DNA from: Escherichia phage KarinMuster_Bas82 | Sequence record: PQ850612.1 | Length of the DNA: 58,508 nucleotides | Strand: one strand, 5' to 3' | In this document: piece after piece, positions 9,503 through 18,553 of the stretch | Position numbering within the stretch: position 1 is the stretch's first letter | Layout: each line of letters opens with the position of its first letter | Translations under genes and position numbers: made by a program | Notes under the pieces: generated by a model | What the model was told of the DNA's origin: nothing | The model's input: only the letters and a program-made list of their open reading frames with translations | Databases searched by the model: none

Positions 9503-10243
9503 ATGATGTTTGAACATCCGTGGAATATACCTGCATATGATGCTGAAAGTGAAAAACAATCACTTGACTATCGAATGAAAACACAACAATTAGACTGGAG
9601 TGAAGCGCCAGACTGGGCTACATGTGTTGTTCTTAATAAGACAACAAACACTTTTGCATGGTCTGACGGTTCAATGTACGCACCAATTTTAAGAAATCCA
9701 CCACAAATTATGGAGAATGCTGATGACTTTGAAATCTTTGAAAAACGCTCTTGTGGTCCAGCAACACCTGTCAAAACAAAACTGTTAATGACACCGAAAG
9801 CCCGTGGTAACACTTATGAAGAATTCATCGCAACCGGGTGGAACGACGACCAGTTAGTCGAACATGGTTATGCTATTCGTACTAATGATAAACCACCATT
9901 TGAACAACAGTCATTAGCAGACTTACACTTGGCGCATCTATTCACACCTGTTCAACAACCATCAACAGCGTCTGACTTACTGAAACAGGCTGAACAGCTA
10001 CTGACAGAACGTGGTAAGCAGTATGACACGTCTGGTCAGGAACGTTCGTCAGCTAAAATCGTTGCTGCGTTTAACACAATTACCGGGCGTGACTTAACAC
10101 CAGGTGAAGGGTGGTTATTCCTGATGCTGTTAAAAGCGGTTCGTTTTTATTCCAATACTGAAACACCATATCGTGACAGTCTGGAAGACCTGATCAGCTA
10201 CGCTGCATTACACGCAGAGGAATATCTTAACAATGAACGGTGA
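9503..10243 (+). CDS. hypothetical protein carrying TYEEFIATGWNDDQL motif
   Basis: start re-assigned to MMFEHPW with SD GAGGAA; motif shared with the DUF2815-like protein. Confidence 0.55.
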   Translation: MMFEHPWNIPAYDAESEKQSLDYRMKTQQLDWSEAPDWATCVVLNKTTNTFAWSDGSMYAPILRNPPQIMENADDFEIFEKRSCGPATPVKTKLLMTPKARGNTYEEFIATGWNDDQLVEHGYAIRTNDKPPFEQQSLADLHLAHLFTPVQQPSTASDLLKQAEQLLTERGKQYDTSGQERSSAKIVAAFNTITGRDLTPGEGWLFLMLLKAVRFYSNTETPYRDSLEDLISYAALHAEEYLNNER

Positions 10244-10415
10244 ACAAGCATTCGACCTTCTGGTTAAATACGACATTATTGTTATTCACTGTGACCGTGA
10301 ACAAATCGTTTTCACAGATGATCTTTGTTATGAAGAACCTTATGACGGTGATAAACGGTCTGCCACGATTCGGTTAATCGAACGTGTGGCACGTGACAGA
10401 GGGGAACTATTATAA
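10233..10415 (+). CDS. hypothetical protein
   Basis: 60-aa ORF. Confidence 0.35.
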   Translation: MNGEQAFDLLVKYDIIVIHCDREQIVFTDDLCYEEPYDGDKRSATIRLIERVARDRGELL

Positions 10416-10609
10416 TGGTTCAAACTATTTCTGAATTACTACCCACCGTTTATGGCAACGTGACAGAACTTGCCAGGCGAATTGGGTGTAACAAAGCGAC
10501 AGTTTATAAATATATGGATGACACCAACGGTGAATTTCACGCGGTGGTGAATGGTAAGTTGATGGTTAGACCAGGTTTTAAAGGACGTTATACTCGTGAC
10601 AAAAGATGA
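10415..10609 (+). CDS. hypothetical protein
   Basis: 64-aa ORF. Confidence 0.35.
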   Translation: MVQTISELLPTVYGNVTELARRIGCNKATVYKYMDDTNGEFHAVVNGKLMVRPGFKGRYTRDKR

Positions 10610-10725
10610 AAAATTATTACGTGAACTTGAAATAGACTACGAACGAGCACAAAAAGCGTTACAGTTTCTGGAAGAACAGATCCGCGAAGTTAAGAATCGC
10701 ATTCAGGGAACTGAAAAACGTAATC

Positions 10726-10752
10726 TTCCACGCCCGTAACACGTGATATAAT
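10726..10752 (+). promoter_or_regulatory. possible extended -10 promoter
   Basis: TTCCAC ... TGATATAAT immediately upstream of hairpin. Confidence 0.3.
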
Positions 10753-10754
10753 CG

Positions 10755-10782
10755 GCCTCAGTGTGTTAACTGAGGCTTTTTT
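10755..10782 (+). terminator. hairpin plus T6 abutting the next start codon
   Basis: GCCTCAG-loop-CTGAGGC then TTTTTT; 3' arm contains the only SD-like GAGG for the 10783 gene. Confidence 0.5.
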
Positions 10783-11742
10783 ATGGCTACTAAAGACCCA
10801 TACCCGGATATTTCAGACAAGTATGACGCTCGCATTCGCGAAGCACTTGACGTTGTGTGGGAAAACGTGCGTCGTAGTGAGTCGTTAGCCAACCTGGAAT
10901 ATATCATTGAAACTCAGGGTATTGCCGGATTACTCCCCATTCTTGAAACACTACCTGATGAACTTAGTGCACAGTTGCGTCCGGTTATTGAAGACGCGAT
11001 CGCCGAATCAGGTCGTGTAGTCGTTCAGGTTTTACCGAAAGCGGCTGTGACAGGTCCGGTTGTGTTCAGTCTGGTCACCCCACAGGTCAGTACGTACATC
11101 AACAACTATGTCGGACAACTGATCCGTGAAGTCAGTGATGAAACAGTCAAAGCTGTTCAGATTGCTGTTAACCAGGGTGTGGTAACCGGACGAAATCCGC
11201 GTCAGATAGCCCGTGATTTTAGATCATCAATAGGGTTAACCACACGGCAAGAAATGACGGTTCAACGTCTGCGATCAGCACTGGAAAAAGGTGAAGCAGG
11301 TTATGTGAACAGTCTGACCACTGTTACAGACAGTGCGAAGAACGCTGTAAGTGCCGGGAAACTATCACAGGCGAAGATTGACCAGATAATCGAACAGACA
11401 CGCTTGCGTTACGTAAAACAGCGTACAGAGACAATAGCGCGTACTGAATCACTTCGTGCTGTATCAGTTGGTCAGGATCAGGCAATACGTCAGGGACAGA
11501 TTACCGGGGCTATTAGTAATGAATTGCTGAAGCGCTGGTTATATAGAAAGGATGGTCGGACACGTGATGCGCATATTTCCACGGGTGAAATGAACGGTTG
11601 GATACCAATGAACAGACCGTTTTCAACGCCGTTAGGACCACTTATGTTTCCTCGTGATCCTAACGGTAGTGCCGCGAATGTGATTAATTGTCGTTGCAGG
11701 GTACAGTACAGTTTGCCGGAAGATATAGGTTCATTGGGTTAA
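10783..11742 (+). CDS. head morphogenesis protein (Mu F / SPP1 gp7-like)
   Basis: 319 aa; C-terminal RTRDAHISTGE...NCRCRV motif. Confidence 0.7.
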   Translation: MATKDPYPDISDKYDARIREALDVVWENVRRSESLANLEYIIETQGIAGLLPILETLPDELSAQLRPVIEDAIAESGRVVVQVLPKAAVTGPVVFSLVTPQVSTYINNYVGQLIREVSDETVKAVQIAVNQGVVTGRNPRQIARDFRSSIGLTTRQEMTVQRLRSALEKGEAGYVNSLTTVTDSAKNAVSAGKLSQAKIDQIIEQTRLRYVKQRTETIARTESLRAVSVGQDQAIRQGQITGAISNELLKRWLYRKDGRTRDAHISTGEMNGWIPMNRPFSTPLGPLMFPRDPNGSAANVINCRCRVQYSLPEDIGSLG

Positions 11743-11969
11743 TCAGGTTCACGCCAGTCAAGAGGTCGCACATCACATAACAGACGAACATTATCTTCAA
11801 ATTTTATGTTTATCCTGTGATGTGCAGTATCATTTTCATAAACAGAAGGCCATATTTCATAACCCTGAACAGTTCGTGCCACCCACTTGTTAACGCTTGC
11901 CAGATGGATCAACACTTCACAACCAACGGGAGGAAGGTTTTTACCATCCCAAATCTGTTTCATTCCCAT
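11739..11969 (-). CDS. hypothetical protein
   Basis: 76-aa ORF. Confidence 0.4.
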   Translation of the reverse strand: MGMKQIWDGKNLPPVGCEVLIHLASVNKWVARTVQGYEIWPSVYENDTAHHRINIKFEDNVRLLCDVRPLDWREPD

Positions 11970-12136
11970 AGCGGTTACTCCTGTTCTGGTTTAAACACGC
12001 GACTGTTTTAAGTGCCATTGAGCAATGCAGAAGAACGTTGAACCGGGGGCACTAAAACCGTTAAACAAACCGCCATTTTTCAAAAGATTTTTAGCGGCTT
12101 TTCTATGTGCACGCCGTTTTTTACGCTTATCAATGG

Positions 12137-12412
12137 TCATTCCTGTTTCTCCCCGCAGAACGGACAATAAGACATTTTGATGTTGGTTTCCAGGCGTGTG
12201 AAGTTCTTCGCCAGTTCACCGTTTTTCTTTTTAGCACGGTATGCAAGACGATATTTCAACATAACGTGAATTTTACCAGACGTCAGACCGAAACACTGAT
12301 TATCCCAGCCCACTTTATCAAACAGGTTAGTGCTGACTTCCGAACCTATTGGTACTTTTTCCATCAGACGTTTTTGAAGTTCGTCACCAACTTTTTTCAT
12401 GCAATCACACAT
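12137..12412 (-). CDS. hypothetical protein with C-terminal CPFCG
   Basis: 91-aa ORF. Confidence 0.45.
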   Translation of the reverse strand: MCDCMKKVGDELQKRLMEKVPIGSEVSTNLFDKVGWDNQCFGLTSGKIHVMLKYRLAYRAKKKNGELAKNFTRLETNIKMSYCPFCGEKQE

Positions 12413-12573
12413 TATACATACCTCGATAGACGTCTTAATCTAACGATTAATCTTGTGACTTTACTCCAGTCAGATTCAGTAAAGTCGTCCACATCTTTAG
12501 CCCATAACTCATTAACATGTCGTGGGTTATATGGTTCTTTCTTGACAGGCTGTTTCCGTTTCTTTTTACCCAT
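12412..12573 (-). CDS. small basic protein
   Basis: 53-aa ORF MGKKKRKQPVKK... with SD GGGGAATAAC. Confidence 0.35.
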   Translation of the reverse strand: MGKKKRKQPVKKEPYNPRHVNELWAKDVDDFTESDWSKVTRLIVRLRRLSRYV

Positions 12574-12576
12574 AGG

Positions 12577-12957
12577 TTATTCCCCAGGGTGACGGATGTT
12601 TAAATCAGGGAGAATTTGCATCGGGTTAAACGTAACACGATAACGATACTGGTCTGTTGGTGAAGGGTCTGTTTGTTCAATGAAATAAGTTACCTCCGTG
12701 GTTAACCCCATAAAATGTTTCTTAACGTCGTTCGGACCAGTTTTACAGGTGATTTCGATCTCTTTGCTAGTGTTCTCACGGGCACAACGACCTTCGATAG
12801 ACAAAAGATACTCACCGTTACGAACGTTATAGAAAACGATACGACGATTTACTTCAAAGTTAGCTGCAGCGGTTGCAACGTTACGACTGGCAACATCAGC
12901 AGCGTTATCACAGGCTGTCAGGGTTGTTAACATTGCGTATAGAATCAGTTTCTTCAT
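12577..12957 (-). CDS. lipoprotein (candidate superinfection exclusion)
   Basis: 126 aa; signal peptide plus lipobox MKKLILYAMLTTLTAC. Confidence 0.6.
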   Translation of the reverse strand: MKKLILYAMLTTLTACDNAADVASRNVATAAANFEVNRRIVFYNVRNGEYLLSIEGRCARENTSKEIEITCKTGPNDVKKHFMGLTTEVTYFIEQTDPSPTDQYRYRVTFNPMQILPDLNIRHPGE

Positions 12958-12972
12958 TTTAGTGTCTCGGAG

Positions 12973-13356
12973 TTATTTAATGATTAATGTTGGTTGTAAG
13001 TCTTCTTCATACCAAGTCCAACCAATGCATGTACCATCTTCAGCATCAACATATGGTTTCAACCAGTCGATAAATTGTTCAATTTCGCTATCATAGTTTT
13101 TAATATCACTACGACTAAAAACATATTGAGTATCGGTGAAATCAAATTTAGGACAACTATTTATTACTTCCGGGTGATGATAAAAACTGCTACAACTACC
13201 AATAAAATTCCATCTGGGAAGACTGAAAAACTTATGTTGTGGTAGTTTCTCTGGTTCTTTTTCACCACAGAACATGTGTGCAATAATAGCTTTCACATCC
13301 ACAGGTGCATCTACTTTAATCTGACACTTCAACACTAATTCGGTATACATTCCCAT
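12973..13356 (-). CDS. hypothetical protein
   Basis: start re-assigned to MGMYTELV with SD GAGGGTG. Confidence 0.5.
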   Translation of the reverse strand: MGMYTELVLKCQIKVDAPVDVKAIIAHMFCGEKEPEKLPQHKFFSLPRWNFIGSCSSFYHHPEVINSCPKFDFTDTQYVFSRSDIKNYDSEIEQFIDWLKPYVDAEDGTCIGWTWYEEDLQPTLIIK

Positions 13357-13402
13357 TTTCACACCCTCGTTCATAAGCAACCCATCGCTGCTTCCCGTGA
13401 TA

Positions 13403-13446
13403 AAGATACCCTACCGTCTGTAATCCGTCAAGAATTATTTTAAAGA
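13403..13446 (-). promoter_or_regulatory. conserved phage promoter (leftward)
   Basis: TTTAAAATAATTCTTGACGGATTAC; -10 TATCTT. Confidence 0.6.
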
Positions 13447-13557
13447 TACAGCTAATACAGAACGTGTACTAACTGTACATGGTTTTACATAGGTTTCATG
13501 ATTTTGAGTTGCGGCTAATACTGAATCTGTATTAGTAGATCATAGATTCATAGATCG

Positions 13558-13660
13558 CGTCATGTTTATTTTTAACCGACCATTCTCTATCTTATTCTTT
13601 TTATTATCTTTTTATAGATAACATAGAAAACATAGATAAACAGAAGAGTAGTATAAGTAG
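13558..13660. repeat. AT-rich ~100-bp repeat, copy A
   Basis: about 90% identical to 53274-53375; shared core CTCTATCTTATTCTTTTTATTATCTTTTTATAGATAACATAGAAAACATAGATA. Confidence 0.8.
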
Positions 13661-13730
13661 TAAAAGTTGCTGCAAGTAGGAGAGGTTTAAAAGGTATAGG
13701 GAGTCGCATACTTCCCATGAATCTATACAT

Positions 13731-13769
13731 AAAATAATTCTTGACGGATTACACCGACACAACTACCCT
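13731..13769 (+). promoter_or_regulatory. conserved phage promoter (rightward)
   Basis: AAAATAATTCTTGACGGATTAC; -10 TACCCT. Confidence 0.55.
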
Positions 13770-13799
13770 GTGGTTAAGAAAACAAGAAGGGTTGAATGT

Positions 13800-14147
13800 A
13801 TGGATCCGAACATCAGAGTTGCTACAGACGAATTCATTCGTCGCGCCCGTAAAATTCATGGTGATCGTTACGACTACTCATTCAGCATTGTTGAAGATAG
13901 TTCCAGCACCGTGGTTATTATTGACCGTGAAACTAACACAGTGTTTTTCCAGGTTGTCGCTGAACATCTGGACGGTGTTGAACCAGTAACGACTGCTGTT
14001 GAACCAGTAACGACTGCTGTTGAACCGATCAATAATCTTTCTGAGACATTCTGTAACGTTGTAAACAGCGTGTATCACCAGTGCAATTATTCATCTGAAA
14101 TGTTAGAATTTAGTCATGTTGAAACAATACGAGGACAATCCCCGTGA
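13800..14147 (+). CDS. hypothetical protein with T5orf172-repeat-like motif
   Basis: start moved to ATG at 13800 (SD AAGGG); EFIRRARKIHGDRYDYS resembles repeats of the 22440-23354 protein. Confidence 0.45.
   Translation: MDPNIRVATDEFIRRARKIHGDRYDYSFSIVEDSSSTVVIIDRETNTVFFQVVAEHLDGVEPVTTAVEPVTTAVEPINNLSETFCNVVNSVYHQCNYSSEMLEFSHVETIRGQSP
13978..14031 (+). repeat. 21-bp in-frame tandem duplication
   Basis: GTTGAACCAGTAACGACTGCT x2 plus partial third copy. Confidence 0.7.
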
Positions 14148-14554
14148 TTAACGTAAAAGTTAATAAGGTTGACAACTCACTACGTATGGTATTCGGTTGG
14201 GGTAGTATCTGTAAAAAACGTAATCAGGAGACAGGCCAGTTAGAAATTTACACAGACACGGACAACGAGCAATTTCCCGAGGATGTCACTCTGAAAGCAT
14301 GGCTGGACTTTATGAATTCTGACCAGCGCATCATGGACAATATGCACAATGAACAACCTGTTGGGAAAGTTGTGTTTGCGTTCCCGATGACTGAAGACAT
14401 TGCGGCAAGTTTTGGGCTGGTTGATAAACTGGATCAGACAGGCGTCATTGTTGGTACGTTGATAACTGATGACGAAGTTTTGAAAAAGTTTCAGACTGGT
14501 GAATATACGGGATATAGTATCGGTGGAACTGCATATTATGAGGATGTGGAATAA
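14144..14554 (+). CDS. hypothetical head-module protein
   Basis: 136-aa ORF, overlapping stop/start. Confidence 0.5.
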   Translation: MINVKVNKVDNSLRMVFGWGSICKKRNQETGQLEIYTDTDNEQFPEDVTLKAWLDFMNSDQRIMDNMHNEQPVGKVVFAFPMTEDIAASFGLVDKLDQTGVIVGTLITDDEVLKKFQTGEYTGYSIGGTAYYEDVE

Positions 14555-15813
14555 TGCGTACAGATGGTACTAATCATTTACGCCGCGCTAAATCGATGAA
14601 GATCGGTTTTCTGTCCGGCGTGACAAAACCTGCTCACGAGGGAGCAAATGCTCTTGTTCTTAAATCACATTCAGAACCGCCTGCTGTTGTTCTTTTAAAG
14701 TCAACATTTAGTGCAGCACTGGCTGAAAAAGAACTTGAACAGAAAGTTCGTGATTTCCTCTCTAATTCGTGGATGTTGAACGATGCGCTTTATGAAGCAG
14801 CAGAGGATATTGCAAAAGATGATTCTATTACCGATAAACAAGCAGCATTGCGTGACGCGGTAAATGAATATATTATAACGTTGCAACAGGCCGCTGGTAT
14901 TTCGATGAATAAAGCGAAAGGTGGTAAAACTGAAGGCGGTGAAGTTTTCCCGGCATCTGATTATGCATATGTACCAGATCCAGAAAAACCTTCAACCTGG
15001 AAACTTCGTTTAACAGCTACCCCTGGCGGTGAACCTGATGCGCGTATTGTAGGCGCTGCACTTGCTGCATTAGGTCCGGGTTATCGCGGTAACAAAGTTG
15101 AAATCCCTGAAGCCGATTTAGCAGGTGTGAAAAACAAAGTCCGATCCGCGTGGAAAAAATTACACCCGGACCAGGAAGTACCTCAAGTTTTAAAAACGGC
15201 AGAGGAAATCGAAATGTCCGAACTGGAAAAATACAAAGCCCTGGCTGAGATGAACGACGTCCATAAGGCGTATCATAATTCTCTGCCTGAATCTGATCAG
15301 GAAGCATTCCGTAAAATGGATGCGACTGCTCGCGATGCCCTCGTGACGATGGCTAAACAGGCTGATGAATCGTTTACCACGATTGCGGGTCAGGTTGTTC
15401 AGAAGTCTGTAGCTGGTCCAATGTATGACGTTCTGAAATCTCAGGACGAACAACTTCGCAAAGCACAGACTGAAGCGGCACTGGCGAAAGCTGAAAAAAT
15501 CGTGAACACTGATTTCGCACACATTCCGGGTGAAATGGTACAGAAAACCCAGATGGTTATGACTCTTGAGCGTTTACCGGAAGCGGATCGTAATTTCCTG
15601 GTTGAAAAACTCAAACAGGCCGACGAACTCTGGAAAGCACGTAAAGAGCCAGCCGCGCCGAATGGTAGTGGTAAAGGTTCCAGTGCACTGGAAGACATGA
15701 TCAACGAATGGCTGAAAGCAAATCCGGGTAAAACACGCACCCAGGCTATGCAGGCCATTTCTGCAACTAAAAAAGGTCAGGAAGCAATCGAAGCGATGCG
15801 AGGTGACGAATAA
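14554..15813 (+). CDS. putative scaffolding protein
   Basis: 419 aa, charged and predicted helical, upstream of capsid gene. Confidence 0.45.
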   Translation: MRTDGTNHLRRAKSMKIGFLSGVTKPAHEGANALVLKSHSEPPAVVLLKSTFSAALAEKELEQKVRDFLSNSWMLNDALYEAAEDIAKDDSITDKQAALRDAVNEYIITLQQAAGISMNKAKGGKTEGGEVFPASDYAYVPDPEKPSTWKLRLTATPGGEPDARIVGAALAALGPGYRGNKVEIPEADLAGVKNKVRSAWKKLHPDQEVPQVLKTAEEIEMSELEKYKALAEMNDVHKAYHNSLPESDQEAFRKMDATARDALVTMAKQADESFTTIAGQVVQKSVAGPMYDVLKSQDEQLRKAQTEAALAKAEKIVNTDFAHIPGEMVQKTQMVMTLERLPEADRNFLVEKLKQADELWKARKEPAAPNGSGKGSSALEDMINEWLKANPGKTRTQAMQAISATKKGQEAIEAMRGDE

Positions 15814-16223
15814 TGGCTAAGAACAGCAAAATCTACTGGAACTATGAGCGCCCGACCCGTGCCGTTGCATCCGTGGCTATTTCGGCAGGTGTTGGTCTTG
15901 TTCTGGATACCAGTTTAGGTGACACTAACCAGTGTGTACCTAAATATAAACTCCCAACGGCTGGCGGTCGTATCGACGGTGTAGCTGTTGATGATGCCAC
16001 TGCTGGTGTATTCTTCGACCTGGTAAATGAAAAAGAAAAATTCGTACCAGTAAAAGCTGCTGCAACGTTCGCCACAGGTGTTGAGCTTGCTGTTGGTGCT
16101 GACGGACGATTCCAGACCGCTACTACTGATCAACTGGTTGTGGCTATTTCTCAAACTGGTGCCACTGCTGAAAACCAGGTAGTTACCGCATTACTTATTG
16201 CACCGTATTCTAAAGGAGCATAA
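15813..16223 (+). CDS. putative head decoration/structural protein
   Basis: 136 aa immediately upstream of capsid gene. Confidence 0.35.
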   Translation: MAKNSKIYWNYERPTRAVASVAISAGVGLVLDTSLGDTNQCVPKYKLPTAGGRIDGVAVDDATAGVFFDLVNEKEKFVPVKAAATFATGVELAVGADGRFQTATTDQLVVAISQTGATAENQVVTALLIAPYSKGA

Positions 16224-16226
16224 CCG

Positions 16227-17246
16227 ATGAGTTACAAACAGAATTTTCGCGACGTTGGCGCATCAGATACATTCCTGTCTAACTTTTCTGTAAGTTACTG
16301 GCAGGATACATCACTGTTTGTCGGCACTCGTTATTTCCCGGTAGTTCCTGTTAATCAGGCTGCTGGTAAGTTTCTGACTTACCCGAAAGGGTATTTCGGT
16401 CGTCCGGTTAACTCCAAACGTGCCGAAGATGGTGTTGCTAACACTATTGGTTATAAAACCAAAAACCAGGGTTACACTGTTGATGACGATGCGATCCGTA
16501 TCTTCATTTCTGACAAAAAACGTGCAAACGTTCAGAACGGTCAGCAACTGGATATGGAAGCATCAGCAGTAACCACAGATGCGCTACTGATCAACAAAGA
16601 AGTGGATTTTGCTGAAAAATTCCTGACTGCTGGTAAATGGGGTCTTGATTTCCAGGGCAAAGACGCGTCTCCGTCCACGGGCGAATTCCTGAAATGGTCT
16701 AATGCGAATGCCGATCCGATTGGTGATATCCTGTCACGTCGTGTTGCGTTCTCTCTGGCATCCGGTGGTCGTCGCTGGAACAAAGCGCTGATGACGCTGG
16801 ACGTGTATGACGCACTGACCCGTAGCCCGGCTGTTATTGACCGCATTAACGGTGGTTCTACCACTCAGAATCCGGGGATCGTGACTAAACAGGCACTGGC
16901 TGCACTGCTGGAAGTTGACGAACTGGAAATCATGCAGTCCGTGGTCAACATGGCTGCTGATGGCGTTGAAGACAGTAACGGCAATCCGCTGTCAGACTTC
17001 CAGTTTGCTAAAACTGGTGTGCTGATGCTCAACTATGTTGAACCGACTGTTGGCAATATGAAACCTGTTGCGGCTGCGGGCTTCGTGTGGAACGAGTTCA
17101 TCGGTCTGGGCGTTAACAACGGTCCGTCTATCCGCACCTATCCTGGTGTTGAAGGTCGTCGTGGTAATTTCGTTGAAGCGGAATTTGCCATTGATGTTCA
17201 GATGGTTGCACCTGACCTGGGCGTTCTGTTCTACGACGCGGTTTAA
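16227..17246 (+). CDS. major capsid protein (putative)
   Basis: 339-aa ORF in canonical position; weak hairpin plus T-run follows. Confidence 0.6.
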   Translation: MSYKQNFRDVGASDTFLSNFSVSYWQDTSLFVGTRYFPVVPVNQAAGKFLTYPKGYFGRPVNSKRAEDGVANTIGYKTKNQGYTVDDDAIRIFISDKKRANVQNGQQLDMEASAVTTDALLINKEVDFAEKFLTAGKWGLDFQGKDASPSTGEFLKWSNANADPIGDILSRRVAFSLASGGRRWNKALMTLDVYDALTRSPAVIDRINGGSTTQNPGIVTKQALAALLEVDELEIMQSVVNMAADGVEDSNGNPLSDFQFAKTGVLMLNYVEPTVGNMKPVAAAGFVWNEFIGLGVNNGPSIRTYPGVEGRRGNFVEAEFAIDVQMVAPDLGVLFYDAV

Positions 17247-17265
17247 TAACAACTGTGGTATTATT

Positions 17266-17293
17266 AAGGGGTGGCTTATGCTGCCCCTTTTTT
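17266..17293 (+). terminator. weak terminator after capsid gene
   Basis: GGGG...CCCC hairpin then TTTTTT. Confidence 0.4.
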
Positions 17294-17308
17294 CATGAGG
17301 TTAAAATC

Positions 17309-17662
17309 ATGCGTAATTCATATGATCCGTCACTGAAATATGTTTTCACCCGTCCGATGCTGTGGAACGGTAAACAGATGTCCGCTGGCGATAAAGTATC
17401 AACATCAAAAGCTACCCCGGCTGTTTTAAATGCCCTTGTGCGTATGCGCCACATTGAACCAGCTACTGCGACCGTTGAAGAACCAGTGACTGTAGCAACC
17501 GAAGAATCGACATCAACCACATCTGCTGAAATCCGACGTGACGCGCCAAAAACCTATAACGTTTATGTTATGGGTATGCCGATGAATTCAGAATCGTTTA
17601 GTAGTAAAAGTGCCGCTGCTGAATGGTGTGAATCACAAGGCTTGACATATAACTATTCTTGA
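17309..17662 (+). CDS. hypothetical structural protein
   Basis: start at MRNSYDP with SD GAGG. Confidence 0.45.
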   Translation: MRNSYDPSLKYVFTRPMLWNGKQMSAGDKVSTSKATPAVLNALVRMRHIEPATATVEEPVTVATEESTSTTSAEIRRDAPKTYNVYVMGMPMNSESFSSKSAAAEWCESQGLTYNYS

Positions 17663-18077
17663 CCTATTGTTAAGTCAGTGACAGAACTGCATAGCAGACA
17701 CTATCACTTAATCGGTCGAAAGACGCCGGATAAACGTAACCGGCACATAACAGATAAGAGCATTGAGTTGTTTAAAGTGGTGCTGCGACGATTATCATAC
17801 ATCTCAGTGCTCTTATCGTTGTGGTGAATTGCAGTTCTCAGAAACAACCAGAAGATAAGCGCCTGGCACTGCAACCCAAACACTCGCTGATAAGGAGGTG
17901 ATCCTTATCTTGCTGGCGGGAAAGCCGCAAATCGTGGGTAAAGCATGTTGTGAAACATCCTGAACTGCGTGTCGTTTTACATAACTGGTTATTCACGTGT
18001 CACGCATAGGGGTATGTTGGGACGTCAGGTGTGGATGACCAGTTATGTAAAACCCTCATTATCACCCAGAGCCATTT

Positions 18078-18103
18078 GCCGTCTGTTTAAGACGGCTTTT
18101 TTT
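18078..18103 (+). terminator. rho-independent terminator
   Basis: GCCGTCT-gtttaa-AGACGGC then TTTTTTT. Confidence 0.6.
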
Positions 18104-18142
18104 CGTGCTAATATAACGAAAACATTTCTCACAGGTGATCAC

Positions 18143-18553
18143 ATGGCTATTACAGTTGAAGGTATTCGTTATTTGATCAGTGTCCCTGATGTTACTGATG
18201 AACAAATTCAATGGTACATTGACAACGGTTATACAAATCCTCTCAGTATTTGCGTCGCTCTCTGTGATTATATGGCGTCTATTGCCAGCAACGATACTGA
18301 CATTAAAGTAGGTCCGATCTCACTCAGCAGTAGTCAGTCAGCAGACGCCTGGAATAAACTTAAAAAAGATTTTATTTTACGTATTAATACTGGCGCTGAT
18401 TCAGGTGGCGGTTTGTTAGGTGGTTTTATGGGTGTCGGTGGAGCTACATTAACTGGCGCTGGTATGCAACCTGCTATTCAGCGTGGTCAGTTCGACAACC
18501 CACCTGTAACACTTGAAAGCGGTGGTCGTGCATTTAACGAGGGTGAACGGTGA
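18143..18553 (+). CDS. hypothetical structural protein
   Basis: start re-assigned to MAITVEG (SD AGGTGA) downstream of terminator. Confidence 0.5.
   Translation: MAITVEGIRYLISVPDVTDEQIQWYIDNGYTNPLSICVALCDYMASIASNDTDIKVGPISLSSSQSADAWNKLKKDFILRINTGADSGGGLLGGFMGVGGATLTGAGMQPAIQRGQFDNPPVTLESGGRAFNEGER

Noticed and set aside
17969-18142. N-terminal extension of the 17969-18553 track ORF
   Set aside because: It runs through a strong terminator hairpin and has no SD; start moved to the ATG at 18143, which has AGGTGA upstream.
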